Part shown: piece after piece, positions 34,701-40,090 of the stretch | How positions within the stretch are numbered: the first letter of the stretch is position 1 | Layout of the letters: every line of letters begins with the position of its first letter | Origin: an uncultured Aureispira sp. | Lineage (GTDB): Bacteria; Bacteroidota; Bacteroidia; Chitinophagales; Saprospiraceae | DNA length: 64,000 nt | Assembly: GCA_964526715.1 (NCBI GenBank) | Contig: CAZGMB010000024.1 | Span: forward strand, 6,324 to 70,323 | Reading direction: 5' to 3' | Translations under genes and position numbers: made by a program | Notes under the pieces: model-generated | Told to the model about the DNA's origin: nothing | Databases searched by the model: none | What the model saw: only the letters and a program-made list of their open reading frames with translations

Positions 34701-34965
34701 GACTACCATCTAAGGAATAACGATACTCATAGCCTGCTCCTGGGGTCACAGGTGCTATAGTAGCATTTACAACAGCATGATTGCCGTTGGTACAAACATC
34801 CGCAGGACTGAAAGTCATTGATGATATCGTCGGTGCAGTAGGGCACGCCTGACCAATCAATGTTTCGGAACCTAACGTGAAGAAGCAAAGAAACAAAATC
34901 AACATCCAGCCACTAAAAGTGCTCGATGGACTTTGCTTTTGCAATAAAACGTTTAAGTTTTTCAT
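19744..34965 (-). CDS. Giant (5,073-aa) T9SS-secreted multi-domain surface adhesin. Contains a signal peptide, ~97-aa Cys repeats, a nested FBA-like lectin domain, a HYR-like array, CarboxypepD_reg-like, dockerin-like and cohesin-like modules, and a T9SS C-terminal sorting domain.
   Basis: A single uninterrupted 15.2-kb ORF. N-terminal hydrophobic signal GWMLILFLCFFTLGS. Domain evidence is given in the sub-features below. Confidence 0.95.
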   Translation of the reverse strand: MKNLNVLLQKQSPSSTFSGWMLILFLCFFTLGSETLIGQACPTAPTISSMTFSPADVCTNGNHAVVNATIAPVTPGAGYEYRYSLDGSPAFANSLPSGVPAGPHCITVAVFATTNVTCGGNTYTPGMMIPSTTTTYSIYFGTNGPPALAAASIVGNLTCAATISVIPNPLYSCFSYEYSIDGGAYSSTIPATLSRGCHTISYRLNTNSAGFFGCGTGNPTPASAITNFVLFDDLSTANITVNTTCSSGSNGTVSSVTGLPPAPTNVTYEYSLNGGAYSTALPTGIAPGCHNLMIRQMANCDNSTADGDSPSACRKVHNFVVYPTPPTIVAPSNTCSSNFLLPSVPAVPGFSVEYSVDGGPWSTTPFNNLVSNNSAQTGSTSGWNIISSSGNGWAASNPLFITSYGSCPENTASLRKSQTIDLLAAGYTAGYLDSAPDINVGEVVRSIFLNALCGAAGPDPYYVRYELRDASNNVIASFGQGTPGAPMFIGLTPLQISHTFSGYGPGVRSIYIEHGGADNGYWGGHYGAAFSDAYATVGVTLNDLAAGCHSIRARYVTAAACGSLPFNIVPAGSFSDGVTSSCTAPSNAENVVIFPEAPILTAPTNTCAAAFTLPTVTPTPGFNVQWSINGGAFTSTPVLPTTPGCYNIRAQYVLASACGTTPAGATGPSVCGISNTVNVVIFPQAPTITAPINTCNSAFTLPAVPAVPGFSVQYSIDGGAFAAAPTVPTSSGCYTVAARYVLGADCGATLANTAGPGACATSNTVSVVIFPTAPTLAQPASSCNAMFTLPTVTPVTGFNVEYELNNSGSWSAAPSTTLAGCYTVRARYVLAAACGTNPAGASSADAACAASAPVNALIYPAAPVITAPANTCNAAFTLPTVPSFVGFTTQYRVVNTSTGTIIDWTDAPVIPTTAGCYSVQARYVNTAACGTVAPLTAGPGACAESNTVNVIIFPTSAIINWANSLTLTDLQRCPGAGLTIFYAPPPTGFNIQLSWDGVWLAPGLFFPSNWFEVGCRPVAARYVLAADCGSTLAGTSGESIDPACGVSSTIYLHNTPPPPTITATANTCATMFTLPTVPAVPGYSVQYSIDNGVTWATNPSTTAAGCYSVRARYVLAAACGSFPIGTPALPACEASNAVQMTIFPDVTSNITSITKGSTCGNTNISVNWDVVPAVVPGFELRYSLDGGAYSTTLPTNIAPGCHSLSVRYALTSACGATAAGTVSPDASCEATRTFIVWPDLSTVTPTVSMAANCGATTNVSTVTLSAPVSIPTGMELVYTGSNNGTAFGPVNLAGLQAINFVAGCHNIRVNVRATTACGASPDGAAAGTVADITCRSLNRDFITFPAPPTLTVAPVCAGGSLTAAAGSTAPAGYAWRYRLVNTVTNTVVGGWQIVPAWINPAVGCYRVEVVPVRTANCGSIPAGNGIPVVSPTPPIYPSNIQMPLNAQTSAIIDAVPASFNAACVGSQDAFVLPAPPMAITPNNITVCLGDNGKIDLQYLEQMVPACLVDPATGVGIATVSYLVTSSDPLVVAPGTLNSLPNNAPELMWMGENGNNFPNVVTIGVTPQITLNGVTCQGAEVKFSITVQPNFAPTGGWQTSPNTAVQCANNNGWTLSTTSNTDAACTYELYYNLSTSPLAAPIGNALVQTIAGNGAPVSFQPVFIPGTYQIWQRCGGCAELATTFTLSIIDAPALTDVLLETCPTTPGGNSGTFTGITYALPTVPAPQSITVLGYYNSYNNAVNGGATGLLSATGPFDYISSDAAIYVRIGHNVDGLAGDDCFYVGTIEVRVVNRPIVTLTAIENPSCITQPVQLVSTVVAGSGVGYTYSWERVSPTAGPIAGTTGTVTVTEATPGDYVYRLTVTDPNNGTNGANGPMCTTITEITVTYSGPIITCPADFTAATDAGSCNTFMNLIPAEINADCADEFTIRYWVTGATTIASMASPVTLSTVNATAFNVGVNTVHAIAGTLVAGVFTPLTPTVSCTYTATVQDFEEPIAQCKDITIFLNAAGTASIVAADVNGGSSDNCGIANVNVCPTTTGFSGSFAPANWTFNANGGNGSVNTAGAPSNIQITGSNTGAGGNVNTTYCINAPVNGTLSFSWNYQTMDVDGPFYDPFLYSVNGVTSQLTNNSGLNNQTGTTAVTLTAGQQFCFIMNTVDNILGAAVTINSMFSFTTPNGTCQFTCADLGQNDVVLLVSDVNGNASTCIANVTVVDAIAPTLVCPANITMNVSPNTGCTWTSGSLAPVTNTDNCTVPPVLTYSILNPDQTVANGTGAVNAYVFAKGTSVVTYSSADASGNISVCTFTVTVVDNVLPQFTGCPENITINITNAGFTVTPSAPVGGFVITQPATANDCSVNIAYTAPVASDNCPMFITQLTNGKGAAVQNYGAGTHTESYLVTDMSGNTATCSFVITVVDDRDPVITCPANVTVGTDPSAGCTAFVPLQPTVSDNCTDVAISHFFGNGAAAPSQLPNPAATSAATAVSGFTSGLFYPGTNGISGTTRVTFIATDLGGNTSTCAVDVTVTDDDAPVVSCPQDITLNANATCVGVLPAPYAAVFSDNCMTAGLTVTYAITGVTTANSPATGQNSVPTTQTFNLGTSFVTYTVTDAAGNRSTCTATVVVRDVTAPVITCPSVQAVYFVPANACVVNIPLVATATDNCSVASINHNDPFFNAGADATGNYGPGFYTIDFIATDGSGNTSLCTVNFEVRDNVVPTIACPTNVALNTGADDADCAAPHSWNHPTPTDNCTISLYTYRLELPNGDIFGPFNLTGTLLSGGSLATTYNFPVGTTRVRYNVRDVNGNINTCFFDVVVTDNTVPVFVQCPSNFTASNSPDLCSSTVTWANPIASDNCGYTNVQRTDAGPAQGGTWPIGTYVIRYLATDANNNTAVCTFTVTVVDTQNPEIYCPSVTQTFQTDNNTCTWTSTADAVAPRFNFDNCPYTVTYTITGATSASGNNSAAGSVFNLGTSTVTYRITEANGTLIGTCSFNIVVVDRQVPTITCPAGSPFVFSADNNACSYTVPATALNATAADNCTGAVTLRNNFNNTATLAGAVFPVGTTTVIWTATDVAGNTSTCSIRVTVEDRQVPTVSCASIPNNPLVTEIFRCESQMSWTHPIPADNCGVTVYTYSITNPDGTVAGPFTLTQLIAAGGNRNVAYDFEEGLSVLRYYVRDAAGNEGSCSLNITVVDRAMPFFTNCPSMIMVNNDVDRCSAKVNWDIPYAVDNCDVPLTVVAAPTNQFVPGDVIPVGGPYTIRYTATDNDGNTATCTFTILVLDSQQPEILVGKPQNITVECDNVPAPLVLNPNDVEDNCTAAPTIAFVQNSTKSPNQALCAHYNYTLTNIWTVRDASNNAQIWNQVVTVRDSKAPEITVPLNVTVECTGPYVVKSFTCNPATGSFAPTATFAEFGVAAAVDNCAPSQFICIEFTETFAPGTCGFTGVITRTWTATDPCGNRSSGVQRITIRDTRPPVFTCKNINVDLDADGKVSITAGDVIEGGIAGAVDACSAAADLTFQLSKLNFTCADLGPNQVLVKVIDDCGNEAACFATVTVRDVTRPSIICPGNQTFRLGSGQCTFQWPGAVPATDNCSAVVTYSPANLNLPIGTTVITATATDIAGNTATCSFTVVVQENIPSNTITCNDHINLSLDNNCEARINPDMLLEGNDYRCFDRYCIEITTLSGIPHANFFDISDKDQTFKVSIVDCNGTGNSCWGTVTIEEKLVPEINCPANVTVTCNTDVNERFIITLADGTKVPGALKTGEAFLRTCKPGAVITYKDWFDDRGQCATPRAIITRTWTSTYGNGETVSCDQIITIEGLNLDNIVWPADFTNDKALECTDVKQTPSLTNASNTGFPSLNGTPVNKTGNLCMVSVNVSDEIFDICPGSYEILRTWKVRNMCLPLSSTNPRVHVQVIKVNDTKGPKIIECPDDITIGVDPWGCVAHSDLPVPAVMVDGCSSVASFTAKVFGPGRTIVTGGFLGHDEHDIKVRVEGLEKGRHLVEYTIMDECGNISRCYYYVTVGDFSPPVAIGLQNIVLSLTGGEGDGFAKLYADAADNGSYDHCTDVKLEVRRLSGGSCGNIGANNHNNNSTYNHSPVDNVPNNVWAHPNDTRDNNIIIDTDGGEYVKFCCEDIPAGAEFGLHDVELRVWDDGNMNGVYGDNLIINGMRDNYNTTWVTVRVENKLPPVLVCPADVTVTCDMELNLSLDADTPVSSSLTMTGLPKAYDLCSNIDITYRDQWVGQFNDVCKSGTLRRTFKVTKGNTVVTCVQFITVTTITAPFTVTFPQNNTTTEWNKCSFDLADARDANNPVIKKPIVNYGQCDIVGENIKIDTFLFEDGACKKWRVEYNYKNWCTGEDRGPFVHFYTYKDEIEPVLTCQDQMFAANPSALNPNGGCEAQVALEASATDALVCADESWIKWQMFFDGWANGTVDRLASSFVNKSWNGIWVAQTRLLATGAPNPVWAQLQQQHPGAPLADLVYVTYIRPTKASGETVKIPVGTGATAFILDAENISHKVLWKVTDGCGNVAQCESTVMVVDKKAPTPYCVSINTAVMQTNPKMVELWAKDFDKGAFDNCTPQSKLYFTFDKVAPIYSRINDEHFYKAGANGSVNATAAEYAQGRAYKWLPSARSAGKVWTTCGDFTVEVSVWDEAWNTDFCSTLLNIRGCDTNKPIVSGTVLTSTGNAVKNVNVTFETNLPEFPKTVQPDAAGNYVMEVVSDMDYEVSAAKGGDYLNGVTTLDLVLIQRHILGLDVFNDTYKVIASDANNDGRVTASDLTELRKVILGVNDEFRNASWRFPVKGQTLDAKNPFPYTDAFEYQGLNETKTGQDLVAVKIGDVNSSATTDVVNALTEPRSNTGIIFNVDETNIEAGQTVEIPFTASNMDELAGFQFTMNLKDAKLVGVNSGSLDINNANIGILENGNVTMSYAAVENVDLSSNEVLFTISVKADKATSVSEMMTLNSNVTKAESYSSDLKVAGVKLNVRTAPISVIELFQNEPNPFRGQTTVSFSMPQAATATLSVYDLTGKLVVVRNIDAVKGMNNEVFTKEQLGVSGVLYYTLESGDFTATKKMIIVE
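19747..19998 (-). other. T9SS type-A C-terminal sorting domain (Por_Secre_tail)
   Basis: The last ~84 aa read LFQNEPNPFRGQTTVSFSMPQAATATLSVYDLTGKLV...YYTLESGDFTATKKMIIVE. This matches the N-P-F ... L-x-[VI]-[YF]-D-x-x-G-[KR] ... K-[ML]-[IV] pattern of the CTD. Confidence 0.85.
20020..20406 (-). other. Cohesin-like module
   Basis: FNVDETNIEAGQTVEIPFTASNMDELAGFQFTMNLKDAKLVGVNSGSL resembles the cohesin beta-sandwich signature. Assigned from memory of the family; not searched. Confidence 0.5.
20608..20778 (-). other. Dockerin-like duplicated Ca-binding segment
   Basis: LNGVTTLDLVLIQRHILGL is followed by SDANNDGRVTASDLTELRKVILG. The second copy has the D-x-N-x-D-G-x(5)-D loop. Confidence 0.65.
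20788..20952 (-). other. CarboxypepD_reg-like beta-sandwich
   Basis: VSGTVLTSTGNAVKNVNVTFE...DAAGNYVMEV is the typical pattern. Confidence 0.6.
24070..29298 (-). repeat. Array of about 20 HYR-like (hyalin-repeat-type Ig) domains of ~80-85 aa each
   Basis: A recurring unit of the form P-x-[IF]-x-CP-x-[ND]-[IV]-T ... D-N-C ... Y-x-[AV]-T-D-x-[AS]-G-N-x-x-x-C-x-F-x-[IV]-x-V-x-D. An example is CPANITMNVSPNTGCTW...DNC...YSSADASGNISVCTFTVTVVD. Confidence 0.75.
28447..28845 (-). other. Unidentified ~135-aa module nested inside an Ig-like domain (residues about 2041-2173)
   Basis: The host domain reads ...AADVNGGSSDNCGIANV [insert] CQFTCADLGQNDVVLLVSDVNGNASTC. The insert reads FSGSFAPANWTFNANGGNGSV...GTLSFSWNYQTMDVDGPFYDPFLYSVNGV...QQFCFIMNTVDNILGAAVTINSMFSF. 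Confidence 0.5.
30691..34848 (-). repeat. About 14 tandem ~90-100-aa N-terminal Cys-containing repeats
   Basis: Unit consensus is NTC-x-[AS]-x-FTLPTVP-x-VPGF-x-VQYSIDGG-x-[FW]...GCY-x-V-x-ARYVLAAACG...C-x-x-SN-x-V-x-V-[IV]-IFP-x-AP. Confidence 0.8.
33352..33870 (-). other. FBA-like (F-box-associated / Fbs1-FBXO2-type glycan-binding) domain nested in one N-terminal repeat (residues about 366-538)
   Basis: ISHTFSGYGPGVRSIYIEHGGADNGYWGGHYGAAFSDAYATV aligns with the human FBXO2 C-terminus ISHTFTDYGPGVRFVRFEHGGQDSVYWKGWFGARVTNSSVWV (recalled). Upstream matches are KSQTIDLLAAGY against KAQVIDLQAEGY, and GWNIISSSGNGW against GWCDVEHGGDGW. Confidence 0.7.
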
Positions 34966-35799
34966 AAAAAATAAAGTTTTGGTTATTAAATTTTAAAAGA
35001 GATTGAGCTATAAAGTGTGTAAGTTTACGCTCAAGTGGAGTTATAAAATATTAAGGGGTGTATATCAGAAATGAGCTTTTTGATGTACCTGATGAGTGTA
35101 TATGATGAAGAAAAAATCACCGAAACACTCAAAAATTTGGGTTCAAAAAACTTATAAAAAATGTTAAAATTATTTTTTGGACGAGATGAAAATGTAGTTA
35201 TTTTGGAGAAAATAAGTAGATGATTCCATAAAATAACCACCATGGTACCACAGAAAGTGTCTGTGGACATACTCATTTGTAAAGCATTTCTAAAGTTGCT
35301 CATGGTTGGTTATTAAATCTGTTTAGCATATGTATCTTTTTTAAAATCAATTAATTGGATACATATTATTCGTTCTATTAATTTGTTACGAGCCTCTTAT
35401 TAGACCCTTTACAGCGCAAAGATAAATAAAACGATTATATCCAGAAAATTTTTTAATATATTTTTTTCAAATATGTTAATTATTTATTTAATATGTGATT
35501 ACATGATTTAGTAGCGTTAAACAGATCTTTCCACCAAATGGAAAAATATTCATGTACGCATTATCGATAACTTTTTTACAAATGTTTGTGTACTGATTGA
35601 GATTGGTAAAAACTCAACCAAATCAAAAATGCATACTTTTCCGATATATAAAATGAATAACAGATGTACTGTAGGTAACATGAAGTTGGACTTTTGAAGC
35701 TCTTTGAAATGATTTCACTTATAAATTTATGTTCCTGTTTTTTCAAAGGCTTTTTATGAAGCTTCATTGATGACTTAAACAACAATTCATAATAGCGTC

Positions 35800-35993
35800 C
35801 AGTGGGAACTCGTGGGAACTCAGTGGGAACTCGTGGGAACTCAGTGGGAACTTAGTCGGAATGCAGTATGAACTCAGTAGGAATGTAGTAGGAACTCAGT
35901 AGGAATGCGGTTATACCATCTACGGAGTATCGTGGGAGTATCATGGGAGCATCATGGGAGCATCATGGGAGCATCTATGGATTATCTTTGGAG
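35800..35993. repeat. Two adjacent arrays of 10/11-nt tandem repeats (16 units)
   Basis: Array A (35800-35907) has 10 units: CAGTGGGAACT / CGTGGGAACT alternating, decaying to CAGTAGGAATG / TAGTAGGAACT. Array B (35928-35993) has 6 units of 11 nt: TATCGTGGGAG, TATCATGGGAG, CATCATGGGAG twice, CATCTATGGAT, TATCTTTGGAG. Confidence 0.9.
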
Positions 35994-36084
35994 TTGGCAT
36001 TGTATTAGACTAATTCAGGAAAGAGATTATGAGCTAAATATAATTTTGAATGGATCGCTCTTTCAAAAATACAAATGCATTACT

Positions 36085-36696
36085 TCACTCTAACAACTTA
36101 AATAGCAGTTGGTTATTGATAGTAGGTATCATTTCATGACAATATTTCAATAGTTGTTCTTCGGTAATTTTAGGCAAATTGAAAGCTAAAAAGAATTGGT
36201 AATTGCTTCCAATATTCCAATATACATTATCTTTACTGTACACGATTTTCACCTTGCCAATATAAGCTTCTTTAAATTTAATTTTTTCCTTTTGGCCTGG
36301 AACAAACTCTCCATTTTGGACTTTAGAGCTTAGGGTTACTTCCAAGAAATCAGGACTCTCATCAAATACAGGGTTAGTCATCATTTTCAAAAGTATACCT
36401 GTATTTGCCATGTCAGCATCTTCCCATTTATAAAAGCAAGATTTAGCCTTGACATCACCCATGTTACCTACGGGCTTAACCATGATATTTTCAGGCACTA
36501 CTTGCAACGTAGCCCCTACGCTTTCAATGGTTAATAGCTCGCAGGGATTATATAATTGAAGTTTTACCGGATCTGTGGTTAAACCAAAGTTGAAATTGGA
36601 AAAATGGCTTCTTTCCTGTGCCCTTAAATCAGAAAACAAGATTGTAACAGCTAATATAAATATATATTTAGTCATGATATCAAAATTATACGGCAA
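36085..36696 (-). CDS. Hypothetical secreted protein
   Basis: A signal peptide is predicted from the internal Met (MTKYIFILAVTILFSDLRAQ). No family recognised. Confidence 0.55.
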   Translation of the reverse strand: MPYNFDIMTKYIFILAVTILFSDLRAQERSHFSNFNFGLTTDPVKLQLYNPCELLTIESVGATLQVVPENIMVKPVGNMGDVKAKSCFYKWEDADMANTGILLKMMTNPVFDESPDFLEVTLSSKVQNGEFVPGQKEKIKFKEAYIGKVKIVYSKDNVYWNIGSNYQFFLAFNLPKITEEQLLKYCHEMIPTINNQLLFKLLE

Positions 36697-37011
36697 AAGT
36701 ATAGCTTAATCCTGATAAAATAAACTTAACGCAGATTTTAACATCGATTTAAGATAACCAAATGCTAATTGATAGTCAAAAATGAACATTCAAAAGCTGC
36801 AAATGAACATTCAAAAGGCTTGCTTCAAACCAGTGCTCCTATCGTTTCTTGATTGTAGTTTACAAGATTTTGCAATCTATTTATGATTGATATCCAAATT
36901 ATTTATCAGGATCACTTATATGGAAGTTATATTTGAAAATACATTAATGTGCGTCTAAATCTTTTTAAATTATCTATATAATATTATTATTTTAATACTG
37001 TAACATATTGA

Positions 37012-37494
37012 CTAAGTATTTACTTTTTGTCCATTTTGCTTTCCTTGGAAAGATTTGAAAACAAACCACCATAAGCCAATCTTTAGGAGAATGAACAACA
37101 AAACCCATACTAGTATGACTACCTTTGGATGCATGAATTCCTTTTTTGTTTTGCTGAAAAAAAGAGTAGTAAAAAACAACAGTATAAAATACCCAATACC
37201 TGTTAAAATTATTCTGGCATTACTATATTGTACTAAATAGTTTTCAGAAGTAATCAAAACTGGATAATTCACTTTAGATAAATTACAACTCACATAATGG
37301 AGTATAAAAATGAAAACAGATGGTATCACAGCAAACAGATATAAAAAGAAATCGCCGTTAAGGTTTGTTTGACTATTGAATTCTTGGTAGCAGAAATACC
37401 ATAAAAGGAATAACCATATGTACAGTAACACCCAAGAAATCTTTAGAGGAGTTGTCCATTTGACATTATATGAAGGTTTATCTCTTTGTAGCAT
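37012..37494 (-). CDS. Hypothetical integral membrane protein (about 4 TM)
   Basis: Four hydrophobic stretches. Sits 8 nt downstream of tsaD on the same strand. No family recognised. Confidence 0.5.
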   Translation of the reverse strand: MLQRDKPSYNVKWTTPLKISWVLLYIWLFLLWYFCYQEFNSQTNLNGDFFLYLFAVIPSVFIFILHYVSCNLSKVNYPVLITSENYLVQYSNARIILTGIGYFILLFFTTLFFSKTKKEFMHPKVVILVWVLLFILLKIGLWWFVFKSFQGKQNGQKVNT

Positions 37495-37502
37495 AATAAA
37501 AA

Positions 37503-38513
37503 TTACATTTCCATCCTAGGTGAAGGCGATACACTTTGGTCTGCGAAGTCGTCTTTTAAAAATTTGTAATAGCCTGCTATACCGATCATACCTGCATTAT
37601 CTGTACAAAACTCAAAATCCGGGATATAAGTATGCCATTGATTTTTTACACCTTGCTCTAGGAATGTTGCCCTTAGTTGGCTGTTGGCAGAAACACCACC
37701 GGCTAAACCTATATGTTTTATTCCTGTTTGCTGACTCGCTAATGAGATCTTCCTGATTAAGATATCCACGATGGTTGTCTGCACAGAGCAACAAATATCA
37801 TTTAAATTTTCTGCAATAAATTGTGGGTTTTGTGCCATTTCCCTTTGGAGAAAATAAAGTATTGATGTTTTTAAGCCGCTGAAACTAAAATCAAGGTTGG
37901 CCACCTGTGGTTCTGGAAATTTAAAGATGGGTTTACCTTTCTGTGCTAGTGTATCGATAATGGGACCTGCAGGATAATCCAAGCCTAACATTTTTCCTGT
38001 TTTATCAAAAGCTTCTCCGGCAGCATCATCTATCGTGGTACCCAATATATCCATAGTAATATAATCATGTACTCTGACAATCTGGGTGTGACCACCGGAT
38101 ACCGTAAGACATAGAAAAGGAAACTCTGGAAAAGGCATTTTGGCAAAGTGTGCCATAACATGAGCTTGCATATGATGTACTTCTACCAAAGGAATATCTA
38201 GACTAAGGGCAAGTGCTTTGGCAACAGAGACTCCCACGATCAAACTTCCCAAAAGCCCTGGGCCTCGAGTAAAGGCGATACCGTCAAGTTCGTTTAAATT
38301 TTTACCCGCGGCATTTAAGGCTACATCTATTACGGGTAGAATATGTAATAAGTGTTGTCTACTTGCCAATTCTGGAATAACACCACCGTATTGCTGATGC
38401 ACTATTTGATTTGCAGTTTTATTGGACAAAACTATACCATTTTCTATAATGGCGGCACTCGTATCATCGCAGGATGACTCAATGGCTAGGATAACGATAT
38501 TTTTTTTTGACAA
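37503..38513 (-). CDS. tsaD: tRNA N6-adenosine threonylcarbamoyltransferase
   Basis: ILAIESSCDDTSAAI, GGVIPELASRQH, VHHMQAH and LTVSGGHTQ motifs. Confidence 0.92.
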   Translation of the reverse strand: MSKKNIVILAIESSCDDTSAAIIENGIVLSNKTANQIVHQQYGGVIPELASRQHLLHILPVIDVALNAAGKNLNELDGIAFTRGPGLLGSLIVGVSVAKALALSLDIPLVEVHHMQAHVMAHFAKMPFPEFPFLCLTVSGGHTQIVRVHDYITMDILGTTIDDAAGEAFDKTGKMLGLDYPAGPIIDTLAQKGKPIFKFPEPQVANLDFSFSGLKTSILYFLQREMAQNPQFIAENLNDICCSVQTTIVDILIRKISLASQQTGIKHIGLAGGVSANSQLRATFLEQGVKNQWHTYIPDFEFCTDNAGMIGIAGYYKFLKDDFADQSVSPSPRMEM

Positions 38514-38698
38514 GTTTTGTGTGAATTTACTGTATTATTATAAAAAAATAAATATTTTTGCCTTCGATACGCCAAAAGTGATTTTGGATGCATCAATAAA
38601 AGGAATGAACGATAAAAATCAGGTTTTTGTTTTTCATTGTGTTTTTTATAATTATTTCAAAGAATTAATAACCTTGTCAATTTTTTAAACCACTTTTT

Positions 38699-39286
38699 AT
38701 GAGTAAAATAATCAATATTGTTCTTGTGTTAATCACTTTGGTATTAGCATATTGGTTGTATGCATCTATTCAGGATCCTATAGCTTTTCATGGAGAGCGT
38801 GATAAAAGAAAAGATGCTGTGATTGCAAAACTAAAAACCATTCAGGCAGCACAGGATGTCTATCGTCTAGCTACTGGTAAATACGCAAAAACTTTTGATA
38901 GCTTAGCCGCAGGTATCATGAATGGTAAAGTTCCGATCGTAAAATTAGAGAAAGATCCTTCTGATCCTACTAATGAAGACAAATTTATCAAAACAGTAAC
39001 TTATGTTTCAGCTAAAGACACCCTGTTTTCTACGTTAGGAAAAAGTATCAATTTAGACTCTCTAAAATATGTACCTTATGGAGAAGGTGCTTTGTTTACA
39101 ATAAACGCTGACACAATGACACACCAAAATTCTTTGGTCAATGTAGTAGAAGTGGGTACTAGATATAAAGAATTCATGGGCCCTTTTAAGAGTCCTAATT
39201 ATAAAAAATACGATAAGTATTACGATCCTGAAAAGTTACTTAAATTTGGAGATATGAACTCTCCGAATACTAACGGTAATTGGTAA
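38699..39286 (+). CDS. Hypothetical N-terminally membrane-anchored protein
   Basis: A single TM segment (IINIVLVLITLVLAYWLYA) followed by a soluble domain. No family recognised. Confidence 0.55.
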   Translation: MSKIINIVLVLITLVLAYWLYASIQDPIAFHGERDKRKDAVIAKLKTIQAAQDVYRLATGKYAKTFDSLAAGIMNGKVPIVKLEKDPSDPTNEDKFIKTVTYVSAKDTLFSTLGKSINLDSLKYVPYGEGALFTINADTMTHQNSLVNVVEVGTRYKEFMGPFKSPNYKKYDKYYDPEKLLKFGDMNSPNTNGNW

Positions 39287-39298
39287 CAAATCATAGGG

Positions 39299-40090
39299 AT
39301 GCTTCAAAAAGATTTTAAACATATCGGACACCATTCCGAATCATATCAACTGTCTGTCGTAATAATGGCAGACAGTTTTTTTTATAGTATATTTGATGAC
39401 CAAAATTCACTGATTACTCATCATTCTTATAAAAATATTCATTTTTCTGATGAGAGTATACAAGTCATCTTAGAAGATCAAGCCTTAAATCATCAGTATA
39501 ACCAAATCAATGTAGTTTCTTTAGGTGGAAATGCACACCAATTGGCGCTACCTGATGATGACTTTATCCATTCGTTGCCTACTATGGCTTGGAAAGAACT
39601 ATATAAAGAGCAATTGCCAGGACAATATATTTATAATTATTTTGGCATTACGCCATCACAATTAGACTTGTTAAATCAACTATTTAAAAATTACAACTAC
39701 CCAATACATGATTTTTCATTTCTTTTGACTGCTTATTATATTGGTATTGATTCACCTTGTGTACACGTACATTTTGAAGAACATCTGATCACTATTTTTA
39801 TTCAACATGAGGGGAAAGTACAGTTTTACAATACCTTTACATTTACCACAGAAAAAGATGTCTTATACTTTGTATTGGCGGCAATGAATTATGCACACCT
39901 AGATCCCAAAAGCAATAGTGTACAGGTTACAGGTTGGATTGATCCCAAATCAACCATTTTTACTTTGCTAAAATCCTATATATCTCAAATAACAATGCTT
40001 GAAGACGCAGATTTTTTAATTAATACAAAGGAAAACTATCAGGCTGCAAACTATTTTATTCACTTTATAAATAGATTATGCGCATTATAG
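39299..40090 (+). CDS. Hypothetical protein, possibly DUF3822 family
   Basis: A YQLSVVIMADSFFYSIFD-type N-terminus, and the position directly upstream of and overlapping rsmD, match my recollection of DUF3822 genes in Bacteroidota. Confidence 0.45.
   Translation: MLQKDFKHIGHHSESYQLSVVIMADSFFYSIFDDQNSLITHHSYKNIHFSDESIQVILEDQALNHQYNQINVVSLGGNAHQLALPDDDFIHSLPTMAWKELYKEQLPGQYIYNYFGITPSQLDLLNQLFKNYNYPIHDFSFLLTAYYIGIDSPCVHVHFEEHLITIFIQHEGKVQFYNTFTFTTEKDVLYFVLAAMNYAHLDPKSNSVQVTGWIDPKSTIFTLLKSYISQITMLEDADFLINTKENYQAANYFIHFINRLCAL

Noticed and set aside
19744-34965. About 30 short ORFs (60-157 aa, both strands) nested within the 5,073-aa gene
   Set aside because: They are embedded in one uninterrupted 15.2-kb ORF whose domain content is coherent. 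The nested ORFs carry no motifs and mirror the repeat structure.
35031-35785. ORFs 35031-35303 (90 aa) and 35576-35785 (69 aa), minus strand, upstream of the adhesin gene
   Set aside because: They sit in AT-rich intergenic sequence. The peptides are Phe/Ile/Lys/Asn-biased with no motifs. They are most likely chance ORFs in the promoter region.
35800-35993. CRISPR array hypothesis for the 10/11-nt repeats
   Set aside because: The units are 10-11 nt with no intervening unique spacers, and no cas genes are in the window. This is a microsatellite or minisatellite, not a CRISPR array.
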